A DNA stretch of 64,000 nt from Blastochloris sp. (GTDB lineage Bacteria; Verrucomicrobiota; Verrucomicrobiia; Methylacidiphilales; JAAUTS01). Positions 38,287-48,000 of the stretch are shown here, one piece after another. Position numbers and translations under genes: made by a program. The notes beneath the pieces were generated by a model. That model saw only the letters and a list, made by a program, of their open reading frames with translations. It was not told the DNA's origin and ran no database searches. The first letter of the stretch is position 1. The number at the start of each line of letters is the position of its first letter. The DNA lies in NCBI GenBank assembly GCA_034440395.1, contig JAWXBW010000064.1, positions 1,025 to 65,024 on the forward strand. Direction: 5' to 3'.

Positions 38287-38458
38287 GTGAGTGACAATAA
38301 CAGAAAAAAAACAAGTGGACACTATGGAGATGTGACAAAGAGGTGACGAGATAGGCTATTATTGCCATGCAAGGCAAATTCTGCCTAGACATGCCATTTG
38401 ATATCACATTTGTTAAGAGTAAAGGGCGTTTTTTATTAGTTGGCATGGGTTTAGCTGA

Positions 38459-38665
38459 ATGGTAGATGTGGATATTGTTATTACAAAAATATTTAACTAT
38501 AGCAAAAAGCTGGGTTATTCACAAAAAGGGCAGACTTTGGTTGAGTATGGATTGATTATTGCCTTAGTTAGTATTACCGTGATAGTAGTAGTTAGTCAAT
38601 TAAGTGGTTCTATAGAAAATTCGTTTAGTAGAATTGTATCCTCAATCGCTGATGCAACAAAATAG
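38459..38665 (+). CDS. flp: Flp-family type IVb pilin (prepilin)
   Basis: 68 aa. Flp motif 'KG|QTLVEYGLIIALVSITVIVVV' is a G-XXXXEY processing site followed by a hydrophobic helix. The mature part is short (~44 aa). Confidence 0.75.
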   Translation: MVDVDIVITKIFNYSKKLGYSQKGQTLVEYGLIIALVSITVIVVVSQLSGSIENSFSRIVSSIADATK

Positions 38666-38707
38666 TAAAAATTTGGATGACGAAAATAAACAAAAGGAAA
38701 AAATAAT

Positions 38708-38887
38708 ATGATGACAGAAATATACGTTCAGTTCTTAAATAAAATGAAAAGTCGCAAAGGTCAGACCCTCGTTGAGTATGGTTTGATCTTAGCCTTAGTT
38801 GCAATCGTTGTTATTGCTGTAATGACAATCATGGGCGACCAGTTGACCAACATTTTCAGCACAGTAACTAGCTCACTAGCAATCTGA
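38708..38887 (+). CDS. flp: second Flp-family pilin (59 aa; below the 60-aa ORF-track cutoff, found by hand translation)
   Basis: ATGATG...TGA translates to 'MMTEIYVQFLNKMKSRKGQTLVEYGLILALVAIVVIAVMTIMGDQLTNIFSTVTSSLAI'. It has the same 'KGQTLVEYGLI' motif as the upstream paralog. A purine-rich stretch 'aaggaaaaaa' sits just upstream. Confidence 0.75.
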   Translation: MMTEIYVQFLNKMKSRKGQTLVEYGLILALVAIVVIAVMTIMGDQLTNIFSTVTSSLAI

Positions 38888-38936
38888 GTTGCGATCCCGT
38901 TCAGCCAGTTAGTGTAATTCTAACGGTTGTCTTGCT

Positions 38937-38971
38937 AGAGGCGTTCCTATATAGGAACGCCTCTTTTTTTT
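38937..38971 (+). terminator. Rho-independent terminator after the flp pair
   Basis: Perfect 11-bp stem AGAGGCGTTCC / GGAACGCCTCT with loop TATATA, followed by T7 (38965-38971). Confidence 0.78.
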
Positions 38972-39011
38972 CCTTGCGGAAAACAGTCTAAGAGGCTGAC
39001 TTAATCAGCGT

Positions 39012-39899
39012 ATGAAAATTTTTCCTCTTTTTTTTCTATTACTGATTAATTCTTTACTAGCGCAGGATTTATTGCCGACCGTGAAAGACACTGTTCCTCA
39101 AATTTTATTTCTAGAAGCAGGAGGAAAGCAGGTGAATACTATATTGAGGGGTGAAAATCTCCAAGGCTTACAAAAAATTCAAGTTACGAAGCAGGGTCGA
39201 CCTGTGCGGGCAATTTTTACTCAGCTTGGACCACCAGAACAGAATCGCCGTGGGATCACATTCATAGCCAGTGAGCAATCTACTTTAGGAACTTTTTATA
39301 CGCTGCAAGGTTTGACCAAAGAGGGCTCAATCGTAACGATCCCGATGTCCCTAACCATTGTTCCCTTGGGCGACTCACGCGCTACGCTGTCTGATACGGC
39401 GACATTGGCCGAGGTGACTCGGGTGCAAAACAGCAGTCGAGTCGTAGTTTCAGAAACCCTTGCTCCCGTGGTAACGAGCACGCAACCTAACCCCTTAATT
39501 TTAGCTCCAAACAAGGATAAACAAACCATTATTTTACAAGGCCGGAATTTAGAGGGAATAACCGAAGTAAGGGTGCGCAAAGCAAATAAAAAACCTCTTT
39601 ACCGTGGAAACCAAGGCTTATTACCCTCTCGCATAACTGAGCGCGGTTTGGAGGTGGATGTAATTGTAGGAACGGGAACGGCTATGGGAAGCACATTTAC
39701 TTTAGATCTGATGGTTAAGAAATTTCTAGCGGATTCGATTAGTCTTAGCGTGGGAATACCTGTGGTTGCCACAGTCCAAGAAGTTTTTACAGCACCTTTG
39801 CCTAGCGCAGCGAACCCTGTTGAGGTTACAGTAGAAGAAGTGCAGACGCCCAAAGAAATCGTGATACCCCTGAAAAGAAAGACGAACAACACACCATGA
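39012..39899 (+). CDS. secreted protein with two Ig-like (IPT/TIG-like) repeats
   Basis: Signal peptide 'MKIFPLFFLLLINSLLAQ'. There is an internal duplication: 'ILFLEAGGKQVNTILRGENLQGLQKIQVTKQGRPV' versus 'LILAPNKDKQTIILQGRNLEGITEVRVRKANKKPL'. The stop overlaps the next start (ATGA). Confidence 0.55.
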   Translation: MKIFPLFFLLLINSLLAQDLLPTVKDTVPQILFLEAGGKQVNTILRGENLQGLQKIQVTKQGRPVRAIFTQLGPPEQNRRGITFIASEQSTLGTFYTLQGLTKEGSIVTIPMSLTIVPLGDSRATLSDTATLAEVTRVQNSSRVVVSETLAPVVTSTQPNPLILAPNKDKQTIILQGRNLEGITEVRVRKANKKPLYRGNQGLLPSRITERGLEVDVIVGTGTAMGSTFTLDLMVKKFLADSISLSVGIPVVATVQEVFTAPLPSAANPVEVTVEEVQTPKEIVIPLKRKTNNTP

Positions 39900-41410
39900 C
39901 TGGGTTATTCCTACGAGATTCTTCCAGAAAATTCTCTTGGGAGTTCTTGGCTTTTTTGGGTCTTAGTTTAATTCCCGTTATTTTAGTTTGGATTTTTCGC
40001 TTTTTCCCGAGCCAAGATCCTTATGCTCATCTTTATACCATCCGTTTACTAGACTGGTGGTGGTCTGACCCTAATTCTTTTCCTGCGTTGTTTGAACCCG
40101 TTTTAAGGCCTGTGCCGAATTGGTTCTGCCAAATATTTCTTTGGTTAGGCATGAAATTAGTGGGCTTAGAATTAGCCCATAAATTATTTATAAGTTGTTA
40201 TTTACTGCTTTTTCCATTGGCTTTTCGATACAATGTTACGGCATTGAAAGAGGTTTCACCGTGGAAGTGTTGGTTCGTCTTCCCGTTTGCGCTCAATCAT
40301 TATGTTTTTTTTGGATTTTATAATTATATTTTTGGCTTTGTTTTCTTTCTCTTCTTAACAGGGTATCTGTTAAGACTTCCAGATCGGCCTGCAAAGCGTA
40401 GTTGGCTCGTGATTGGAGTGTGGTGTACATTGCTCTATTTTTGTCATTCGATTCCGGCGGTATTTGCGGGATTAGCTGTGCTTTTAAAGTTTCGCCGTGT
40501 GCTCTGGCAGGAAAGACTGGGGATTGTGGGTTCTTTGCTGCCACTGGGATTATTGATCCTTGTTTTTATTATAAACTCCACTGAGTCCCAAAAGTCTTGG
40601 CAGCCCCTTGAGCAAACAGTTCAACAGTTGTTTTATATTAGTGCATTTTTTCCTTTTTCCAATACAGCAGAGATAATTGTGGTGATATGGGCTGTGTTAA
40701 TTGTCCCAGTCTTTATAGTAGATATTATCAATAAGCGATGGATAAAAGATGAGAATTCATTCTTTTTTTATACCATAACTTTTATCTCATTCTTACTTTG
40801 TTTTCTTGCACCCAACCGATCTTCTGGAGGTGATATTATACAGTATCGATTAACACTACTGCCATGGCTTTTTATGGTTCTCGGGCTGGCGGTTCGTCAG
40901 AAAGGCATTCTAATTATATTGATTTTTGTTTCTCTGACAGTTTATGCGCATCAGCTTTCAAGGTTTTGGACAGTGGCTGAGGCATCGCAGACTGAGTACA
41001 ATGCCTATCAAGAGATCATGTCACTTGTACCCAACCGTGCGGTGGTTTTAAATTTTAATGAAAACACGTACGGAGTAGATGCGGAAGGCCATAAACTCGG
41101 CGGCATGACAGAACTATATGCGCATGCTCACGCTGTAGTGGCTTTGCAAGATTCTTTACCAATTCTCTTGAATTATTATCAGGGTAACTGGCCGGCTTTT
41201 CCTTTTAAGTTTAAATATCCACGTAACTGGACAGTTCAGGATGCTGCTACCTTAACACCGTGGGAAGCCAAGAATAAGGTGCGGGTGGATTATTTGGTTA
41301 TTCAAGGACACATTACTCCAGAGTTACTCCTAACTTGGGAGGAATTTTTTGAGCCTATGGCTGGGGCGATTGCTCCTAAGGGATTTCATATTTTAGCCCG
41401 AAAGAAGTAA
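39896..41410 (+). CDS. polytopic membrane protein with C-terminal soluble domain (function unknown; GT-C-like layout)
   Basis: 504 aa. The N-terminal ~350 aa are strongly hydrophobic with many predicted helices. The last ~150 aa are hydrophilic. I recognise no family motif. Confidence 0.55.
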   Translation: MTGLFLRDSSRKFSWEFLAFLGLSLIPVILVWIFRFFPSQDPYAHLYTIRLLDWWWSDPNSFPALFEPVLRPVPNWFCQIFLWLGMKLVGLELAHKLFISCYLLLFPLAFRYNVTALKEVSPWKCWFVFPFALNHYVFFGFYNYIFGFVFFLFLTGYLLRLPDRPAKRSWLVIGVWCTLLYFCHSIPAVFAGLAVLLKFRRVLWQERLGIVGSLLPLGLLILVFIINSTESQKSWQPLEQTVQQLFYISAFFPFSNTAEIIVVIWAVLIVPVFIVDIINKRWIKDENSFFFYTITFISFLLCFLAPNRSSGGDIIQYRLTLLPWLFMVLGLAVRQKGILIILIFVSLTVYAHQLSRFWTVAEASQTEYNAYQEIMSLVPNRAVVLNFNENTYGVDAEGHKLGGMTELYAHAHAVVALQDSLPILLNYYQGNWPAFPFKFKYPRNWTVQDAATLTPWEAKNKVRVDYLVIQGHITPELLLTWEEFFEPMAGAIAPKGFHILARKK

Positions 41411-41411
41411 G

Positions 41412-42179
41412 ATGAAAATAGGTTTGCGTGATTATGTATTGAAGGCTTCCAGCACGCATGAGCTTTTTTCGCAAAGTGTCTTGATTGGGTTTCAGGGTGT
41501 GGAAATGGTTCTAACACGGGCAGATTTATTGAAAAGCGATCGTGAGCGACTTGAAGAATTATTATGTGCCAAGATTTCTACTGGCTTGCTTATACCAAGC
41601 CTTTCGTTGAGCCATCATAATTTAGGTGGCATTTCCAATGAGAATCCCGCCGAAGTGGCGATGGCGGTGTCGGAATTGCACCGTTGTTTTGAGTGGGGAG
41701 AGGCACTTGGTGCAAAGGTCGTGCTGCTTCCTTTTTTTGGGCAGGCCACGTTGCGGGATTCTACCGCAAGAGAACGAGCTCTAAAGGTTTTATCGGATTT
41801 ATGTCCAGAGGCAGAGCAGATGGGTGTGACCTTGGCGTATGAGGGAGATTTGACGTCACGAGAGATTCAGCAAATGGCGAAGGTGTTGAAATCCCCAGCT
41901 TTTCGTTGCTACGTGGATTTAGCGAACCCTCTCGTTTACGGTCGTGACCCCGTAGAGGAGCTTAAAGGTCTGGAAGGTTTAGTCGCTTCGGTTCACATAA
42001 AGGACTTTCAGACTGTGCTTGGGGATAGTCGCCCAGGTGAGGGAAGAGTGCCTTTACCCGCCTGTGCAGAGGTTTTACGTAGGATGGGATATGATGGTTG
42101 GCTCATTTTAGAGACGCCTCCAGCGGAGGCTTCTGCGGTGCAACGTGACTTGGATTATGTGAGGGAGTATTTTCTGTGA
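41412..42179 (+). CDS. sugar phosphate isomerase/epimerase (xylose-isomerase-like TIM barrel)
   Basis: 255 aa. The pattern 'GFQGVEM...', 'LGAKVVLLPFFG', 'LAYEGDL', 'VHIKDF', 'GWLILETP' is typical of the AP_endonuc_2/TIM-barrel family. It starts 2 nt after the upstream stop. Confidence 0.7.
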   Translation: MKIGLRDYVLKASSTHELFSQSVLIGFQGVEMVLTRADLLKSDRERLEELLCAKISTGLLIPSLSLSHHNLGGISNENPAEVAMAVSELHRCFEWGEALGAKVVLLPFFGQATLRDSTARERALKVLSDLCPEAEQMGVTLAYEGDLTSREIQQMAKVLKSPAFRCYVDLANPLVYGRDPVEELKGLEGLVASVHIKDFQTVLGDSRPGEGRVPLPACAEVLRRMGYDGWLILETPPAEASAVQRDLDYVREYFL

Positions 42180-43135
42180 TTCAAACCGTCACAGGTGAGT
42201 TAAAGCCTGAGCACTTGGGTCGCTGTTATGCTCACGAGCATGTGATCATGGATGCAAGTTATGCTACGCAAATTTTCCCTGAGCAGTGTTTAAATTCAGT
42301 CGAAAATGCAGTGAAGGAACTAGAGATGTTTCGTGATTTAGGTGGCTCTGCCATGGTGGAGGCGACACCGTGCGGGATAGGACGGAATATTAGAAAATTA
42401 GTGGAAATTTCCCAACGCAGCGGGGTGCGGATTATTGCTTCAACGGGATTGCACCTAGATAAATACTACAGCCCAGGTCATTGGTCTCGGTTTTATTCGC
42501 AGGAAGAATTGGTGGAGCTTTTCGTGGCGGATATAGAGGATGGAATAGACTTTTACGATTATGCTGGGCCTTTAATAAAACGTTCTACGGCTAAGGCAGG
42601 GATGATCAAGGTGGCATCTGGATTGAATCAATTGACACCTCGTGAGCGAGAGATTTTTCGTGCAGCCGCAGCGGCGCATCGGCGAACGGGGTGTCCGATG
42701 ATAGCACATACCGAGCAGGGGACAGCGGCCGATGAACAGATTTATTTGTTGAAGAATGAGGGTGTCGAGTTGAGTCGAGTCATGCTTTGTCATTTAGATC
42801 GTAAGCCTGACCTAGAGTTGCATCGCAGCTTGTTAAAGAAGGGTGTTACTTTGGAATATGATAGTGCGTTTCGTTGGAAGGGGAGGGAGGATAATCCCAC
42901 CTTGGAATTGTTAAAGGTTTTAGTTCATGAGTTCCCAGATCAGTTAGTCTTAGGGATGGATGCGGCACGGCACGCTTACTGGAAATATTATGGGGGTGCT
43001 CCAGGGCTAGGATATTTATTGTCCGAATTTAAAGAGCTTATGTCAGATGCGGGTTTAGGAGAGCTATTCATAGATAAGTTATTTGTAAAAAACCCGGCAC
43101 GAATTTTAAATTTCGGTGAGCGTATATTTATGTAA
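42176..43135 (+). CDS. phosphotriesterase-related protein (PHP/COG1735 amidohydrolase; likely lactonase-type hydrolase)
   Basis: 319 aa with the binuclear-metal ligand set in order: 'YAHEHVIMD' (HxH), 'MIKVASG' (bridging Lys), 'MIAHTEQG', 'MLCHLDR' and 'LGMDAAR' (Asp). GTGA overlap with the upstream gene. Confidence 0.8.
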   Translation: MIQTVTGELKPEHLGRCYAHEHVIMDASYATQIFPEQCLNSVENAVKELEMFRDLGGSAMVEATPCGIGRNIRKLVEISQRSGVRIIASTGLHLDKYYSPGHWSRFYSQEELVELFVADIEDGIDFYDYAGPLIKRSTAKAGMIKVASGLNQLTPREREIFRAAAAAHRRTGCPMIAHTEQGTAADEQIYLLKNEGVELSRVMLCHLDRKPDLELHRSLLKKGVTLEYDSAFRWKGREDNPTLELLKVLVHEFPDQLVLGMDAARHAYWKYYGGAPGLGYLLSEFKELMSDAGLGELFIDKLFVKNPARILNFGERIFM

Positions 43136-43293
43136 GAAACGTCTTGAGCAGCGGAAGCTTGTAAAATGAAGGTTAGCTGAATTATACTCAGAAAGTCTCA
43201 AGTTGAAACAGAAAATTCCAAAACCATGAAAACTATGCACTCTGTTCACGAGACTTTTATTCTCGTATTATACTTACCAGTTTTCTTATCCTT

Positions 43294-44010
43294 ATGAGTA
43301 GCACAAATTTTGTTAATTCTAATGCAGCCATCGAGAACTTTGAGTTCAGTGCTCTAGAAAAAGCAGTAAATTATCGTCAGTCTCTTATGAGGGAGTTTGA
43401 GCCTTTTCTTGAAGGCCAAGTCCTAGAAGTGGGTTCTGGTATTGAGCAAATGACGCAGCTTTGACTTACAAAAAAGAGTGTAGAAAATGTGCATTGTGTA
43501 GAACCTGAACAATTATTATTTGAGCGGTTAAAAGCGAAAGGCTTTAAGGCTAGATTAACATGCGGCGCGATCTTGAATGTTCCTGAGGTGAATTATTATG
43601 ATGCGGTTTTCAGCGTTAATGTCTTAGAGCATATTGAAGAGGATAGGCAGGAGTTAAAATGTTATGCTGATAAGCTCAGGGAGGGCGGTCGTTTATGTCT
43701 TTTAGTCCCAGCATGTCCCTCTATTTATTTGCCTATAGATAAAAGCTTCGGACATTATCGTCGCTACACTAAAAAAAATCTGACAAAGATAGTTTGCGCT
43801 GCTGGTTTACAGATTGAACATATTCATTACTATAACAGCGTAGGATATGTGGCGTGGTGGCTTAGTTTTTGCGTTTTAAAACAGATGTCTTTTAAAGCCT
43901 CAAGAGTTTTTTTCTACGATCGTTTCATTTTTCCTATGGTTCATGCGCTGGAATATTATGTGCTTCGCCCGCCTTTAGGGCAAAGTTTGCTCGTAATCGC
44001 AAAAAAGTAG
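43294..44010 (+). pseudogene. class I SAM-dependent methyltransferase interrupted by an in-frame TGA (43462-43464)
   Basis: ATG 43294 gives 'MSSTNFVNSNAAIENFEFSALEKAVNYRQSLMREFEPFLEGQVLEVGSGIEQMTQL*'. The same frame continues 'LTKKSVENVHCVEPEQ...DAVFSVNVLEHIED...GGRLCLLVP' (the track ORF 43489-44010). SAM motif I lies upstream of the stop and motifs II-III lie downstream of it. Confidence 0.6.
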
Positions 44011-44305
44011 GCTGATGAAGATGCTTGATTCAAAAAGGCTACTCCCGATCCTTTTAAGGGAAAAATAAGCGTCCGCTAAGTAAGTAATCTGACTGTGCTT
44101 TGGCGAATAATTAGCTGCATTATTTGTATTTCAAAAAAACTTATACGATTCCTGTAGCTAGTGTTTATGAGCCAAGGAGAGGCAAAGCCGCTTTAAATTT
44201 TAATGCGACATGGTCTCATATCAGAACGGCATTGACAAGGCATCCTTGAGATGAGAATTCATGTTCGGTAAAAATGATAATTAGTAACAAAACACGTCTT
44301 ATAAG

Positions 44306-44325
44306 TTGCACAACTAACTGTGCAA
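44306..44325. promoter_or_regulatory. perfect inverted repeat TTGCACA-N6-TGTGCAA, 44 nt upstream of actA (candidate operator)
   Basis: Read directly from the sequence. It is the only clean palindrome in the 358-bp gap preceding the respiratory operon. Confidence 0.3.
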
Positions 44326-44368
44326 AAAAGATTGTTTAAAATAATTATTAAGGAACATTGTAGGACAG

Positions 44369-45022
44369 ATGGCAAATATTTTCCCGACTTGGACGAAGTG
44401 GCTACCGCTCAAACTGGTTATCGCAATGCTCTGCCTAGGCACGATGACGGCGGTGGCTGTTACTTATTACTTCACTCCCAAATATACCCGAGTAGGTTAT
44501 CAACCCATCCAACCCGTCAGCTTCGATCATTCCCTACATGTCAACCAACTCGGTATCGACTGCCGTTACTGCCATCAATCGGTTGAGGTATCTGGCACGT
44601 CTAGCGTTCCCTCAACGCAGACCTGCATGACTTGTCATACGCAAATAAAAAAGCAGAGTCCTAAGTTGGAAATTGTTCGCAGTAGTTGGGCTACGGGCGA
44701 GTCTATTCCTTGGGTGAAGATTCACAAAGCGCCTGACTATGTTTATTTCAATCATGCCATTCACGTGAACAGTGGAGTCAGTTGTTACAGTTGCCATGGC
44801 CAGATAAATCAAATGGAGGTCGTGTGGCATGACCAGCCGCAAAGCATGGGCTGGTGTTTAGAATGTCACCGCCATCCTGAAGGTAATGTTCGTCCTAAGG
44901 ATCAGGTCTATAACATGGACTGGCGAGCCGAGAGTCCTTCGGTGCAACGTAAAGAAGGTCAGAAATTTGTAAAGGAATGGAATATTAACCCGCCCGTAAA
45001 TTGTGCAGCCTGCCATCGCTAA
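44369..45022 (+). CDS. actA: Alternative Complex III subunit ActA, pentahaem cytochrome c
   Basis: 217 aa with an N-terminal TM anchor. Five CxxCH motifs are present: CRYCH, CMTCH, CYSCH, CLECH and CAACH. Confidence 0.85.
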   Translation: MANIFPTWTKWLPLKLVIAMLCLGTMTAVAVTYYFTPKYTRVGYQPIQPVSFDHSLHVNQLGIDCRYCHQSVEVSGTSSVPSTQTCMTCHTQIKKQSPKLEIVRSSWATGESIPWVKIHKAPDYVYFNHAIHVNSGVSCYSCHGQINQMEVVWHDQPQSMGWCLECHRHPEGNVRPKDQVYNMDWRAESPSVQRKEGQKFVKEWNINPPVNCAACHR

Positions 45023-45028
45023 GACCTC

Positions 45029-48000
45029 ATGAAACGCATTGTTGAACATCCTCCAGAAACTGGTGCCGCAAAAGCTTATTGGCGCAGTGTCGAAGACTTT
45101 TCCCATACAGAACAATTTCAAGGTTGGCTTAAGACCGAATTCCCTCAGGGTGCGGCCGAGTTCTGGGGAGATGGTGTTTCTCGTCGGAGTTTCTTACGTT
45201 TGATGGGAGCTTCCATGGCTTTGGCTGGGCTGGGCTTGTCAGCCTGTCGTCGGCCTGAGGCGCATATTTTACCTTTCACAAAAACGCCGGAGTGGCAGAT
45301 CCCCGGTAAAACCTTAAACTACGCCACAAGCCTACCCCGTCGTAATGGTGGCGCACCTCTCCTCATTACGAGCTACAGTGGTCGTCCTATTAAGATAGAA
45401 GGTAATCCTTTGCACGAGGCCTGTAAAGGTAAGAGCGACTCCCTAGCCCAGGCTTCGATTCTCAATCTTTATGACCCTGACCGCTCCAACAGGTTTCTAA
45501 AAAACGGTAAAAATATTTCTTCTGCAGATGCTATCAAAGCTCTCGCTGAATGGAAAAAATCATGGCAAGCCAATCAAGGCAAAGGTTTAGCTATTCTTTC
45601 TGAAGATAATCTTTCTCCGACGGAAGATCGTCTCCAAGCAGAGTTCTCCGCTAAATATCCTGCCGCCGTGCGTGCCGTTTATGAGCCTGCGACTACAGGT
45701 TTTGCTCAAGCCGCAATCGAAACCGCTTACGGTAAAGGCTCCATTATCCGCTACAATTACGAGAAGGCTAAAGTCATTCTCTCCCTCGATGCGGATTTCC
45801 TCACAGGCGATGAAGCTACTTTAGCTTCCGTGCGTGGTTTTGCTGATGGCCGGCGCATGGAGAATGCTGATTCCCCGATGAACCGCCTCTACGCTATCGA
45901 GAGTCGTTACACCAACACAGGAGCCGCCGCAGATCACCGCCAACGCTTGCCTGCCAGCCATATCGCAGCCGTGGCAGCTAAATTAGCAGAACTAGTTGGC
46001 GCAAAAAGTTTGCCTATCTTCCAAGCCCTTCCTGAGTTGCAAATGGATCCAAAGTGGATCATAGAAGCGGCCAAGGATTTAATGTCAGCAGAAGGCAGAG
46101 CACTCGTGGTAGCTGGATCCAATCAGCCCGCCAGCGTTCATCTCGCTGTCGCCGCCATCAACGAAGCGTTAAAGGCTCAAGGCATCACCTTTGAAATTTA
46201 CAAAAGACCCCGACCAACATCACTCAGCATCGTTGAGCTTGCCGACGTAATCAAGTCTGGACAAATCACCGATCTCGTCATCCTCGGTTGTAACCCTGTT
46301 TATAACGCTCCCGCCGATTTGAACTGGACCGAGCTACAGAAATCCGTTAACACGGTCATTCGCCTCGGTGCCTATGAAGACGAGACTGCAGCTCTTTCCA
46401 CGTGGCATTTACCTCAAGCGCATTATCTCGAAACATGGGGAGATTCGGTATTACAAGATGGCTCCCACGGTTGCATGCAGCCTTTAATTCTGCCTTTGTA
46501 CGATGGCCTTTCCTCTTCCCAATTTTTAGCCTACCTCCTCGATGCCCCTGCAGGAGTAGATAAAGTCTGGGTAGACGGCCCCGAGCTTGTCCAAGAAACT
46601 TTTAAAACCAAGGTTGCCGCTTTTGCCACGACCTACGCTTTCGATAATGCCTGGAGTCTTTTCGTGCGCGACGGATTTCTAAAAGATTCCAAACCTAGAG
46701 CGCAAGCTTCGCCATTTGTTTTTGCTGGTGCCAGCATGATCGCTGAGACACGTATCGCCAGCCCGCAAGCATTGAGTAAAGACAATCTCGAAGTGGTTTT
46801 TATCACGGATACAAAAGTGGATGACGGTCGCTATGTTAACAACGGTTGGCTTCAAGAGTTACCCGATGGCATCACAAAATTGACCTGGGATAACGCTGCC
46901 CTCATGAGTGCTAAAACGGCGGATGAACTTGGAATTTATTCTGGTGTTCACGTTAAGGGAATAGTTGCGGGTTTAACTGATGCGGGCATTTACTTTTCCG
47001 ACGTGATTACTCTCACCGTGGATGGACGCAGTTTGGATATCCCTTTCCTCATCGTGCCAGGACATCCTGACTACACCCTTACCTTACCACTCGGCTATGG
47101 CCATGAGAAAACAGGACGCGTTGGCCAAGGCGTCGGCTTCAACGCTTACAAACTACGCACTAGCCAAGCCCCTGCTATTTTAACTAATGCCACAGTCATT
47201 AAAACTTCCGCCCCGCGCTATAAATTCGCCATTACTCAAGAGCATTGGAGCATGGAAGGCCGTGATATCGTCCGTGAAGCTCCCATCGCTTATTATAAAG
47301 AAAACCCCGGATTCGTCCGAGCTCTCGGTATCGAAAGTCATACCCCAGAGAATATTACTTTCTACAAATCACCACCTTTTGATTATGAAAAGTATCATCA
47401 GTGGGGCATGTCCATTGATTTAACTACTTGCATCGGTTGCAACGCTTGTGTCATTGCTTGCCAGAGTGAAAACAATATAGCTATCGTCGGTAAAGACCAA
47501 GTCGCTAAAGGCCGTGAACTAAGTTGGATCCGGATCGACCGTTACTTCTCTGGTTCCCAACGTGACATTGAAATGGGTAAAGGCGTTATCCCGAGTGATC
47601 CTGAGATGATTCTTCAACCCGTTACCTGTTTGCACTGCGAAAACGCACCATGCGAGACCGTTTGCCCGGTCAATGCCACCGTCCACAATGAGGAAGGTCT
47701 TAACGTCATGGTCTATAACCGTTGCATCGGTACACGTTACTGCGCCAACAATTGCCCCTACAAAGTTCGCCGCTTTAATTGGTTTGATTACAATCAACGT
47801 CAACTCGACCAGCTTTATTGGGGCCCACTCGGTCCGAAAAAGGTCGAAGAAACTATCAAGCTTTCTAAGAACCCTAATGTCTCTGTTCGTATGCGCGGCG
47901 TCATGGAAAAATGTACATTCTGCGTGCAACGGATCGAGACTGCTAAGATCGATCATAAAATCCTGACCAAGCGCACAGAGCGTAAAATCCCTACCGATAG

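Noticed and set aside
43226-43297. 23-aa ORF 'MKTMHSVHETFILVLYLPVFLSL' overlapping the methyltransferase ATG by ATGA
   Set aside because: It is too short and too featureless to support. It could be a leader peptide, but I have no evidence beyond the overlap.
43462-43464. The in-frame TGA considered as selenocysteine or TGA=Trp recoding
   Set aside because: No SECIS-like hairpin follows. The sequence context is not a redox Cys site. TGA clearly terminates other genes in this window, so an alternative genetic code is excluded.
44320-44586. 88-aa GTG ORF overlapping the actA start
   Set aside because: It is out of frame with the well-supported pentahaem ActA, and its content is Arg/Pro-rich shadow sequence.
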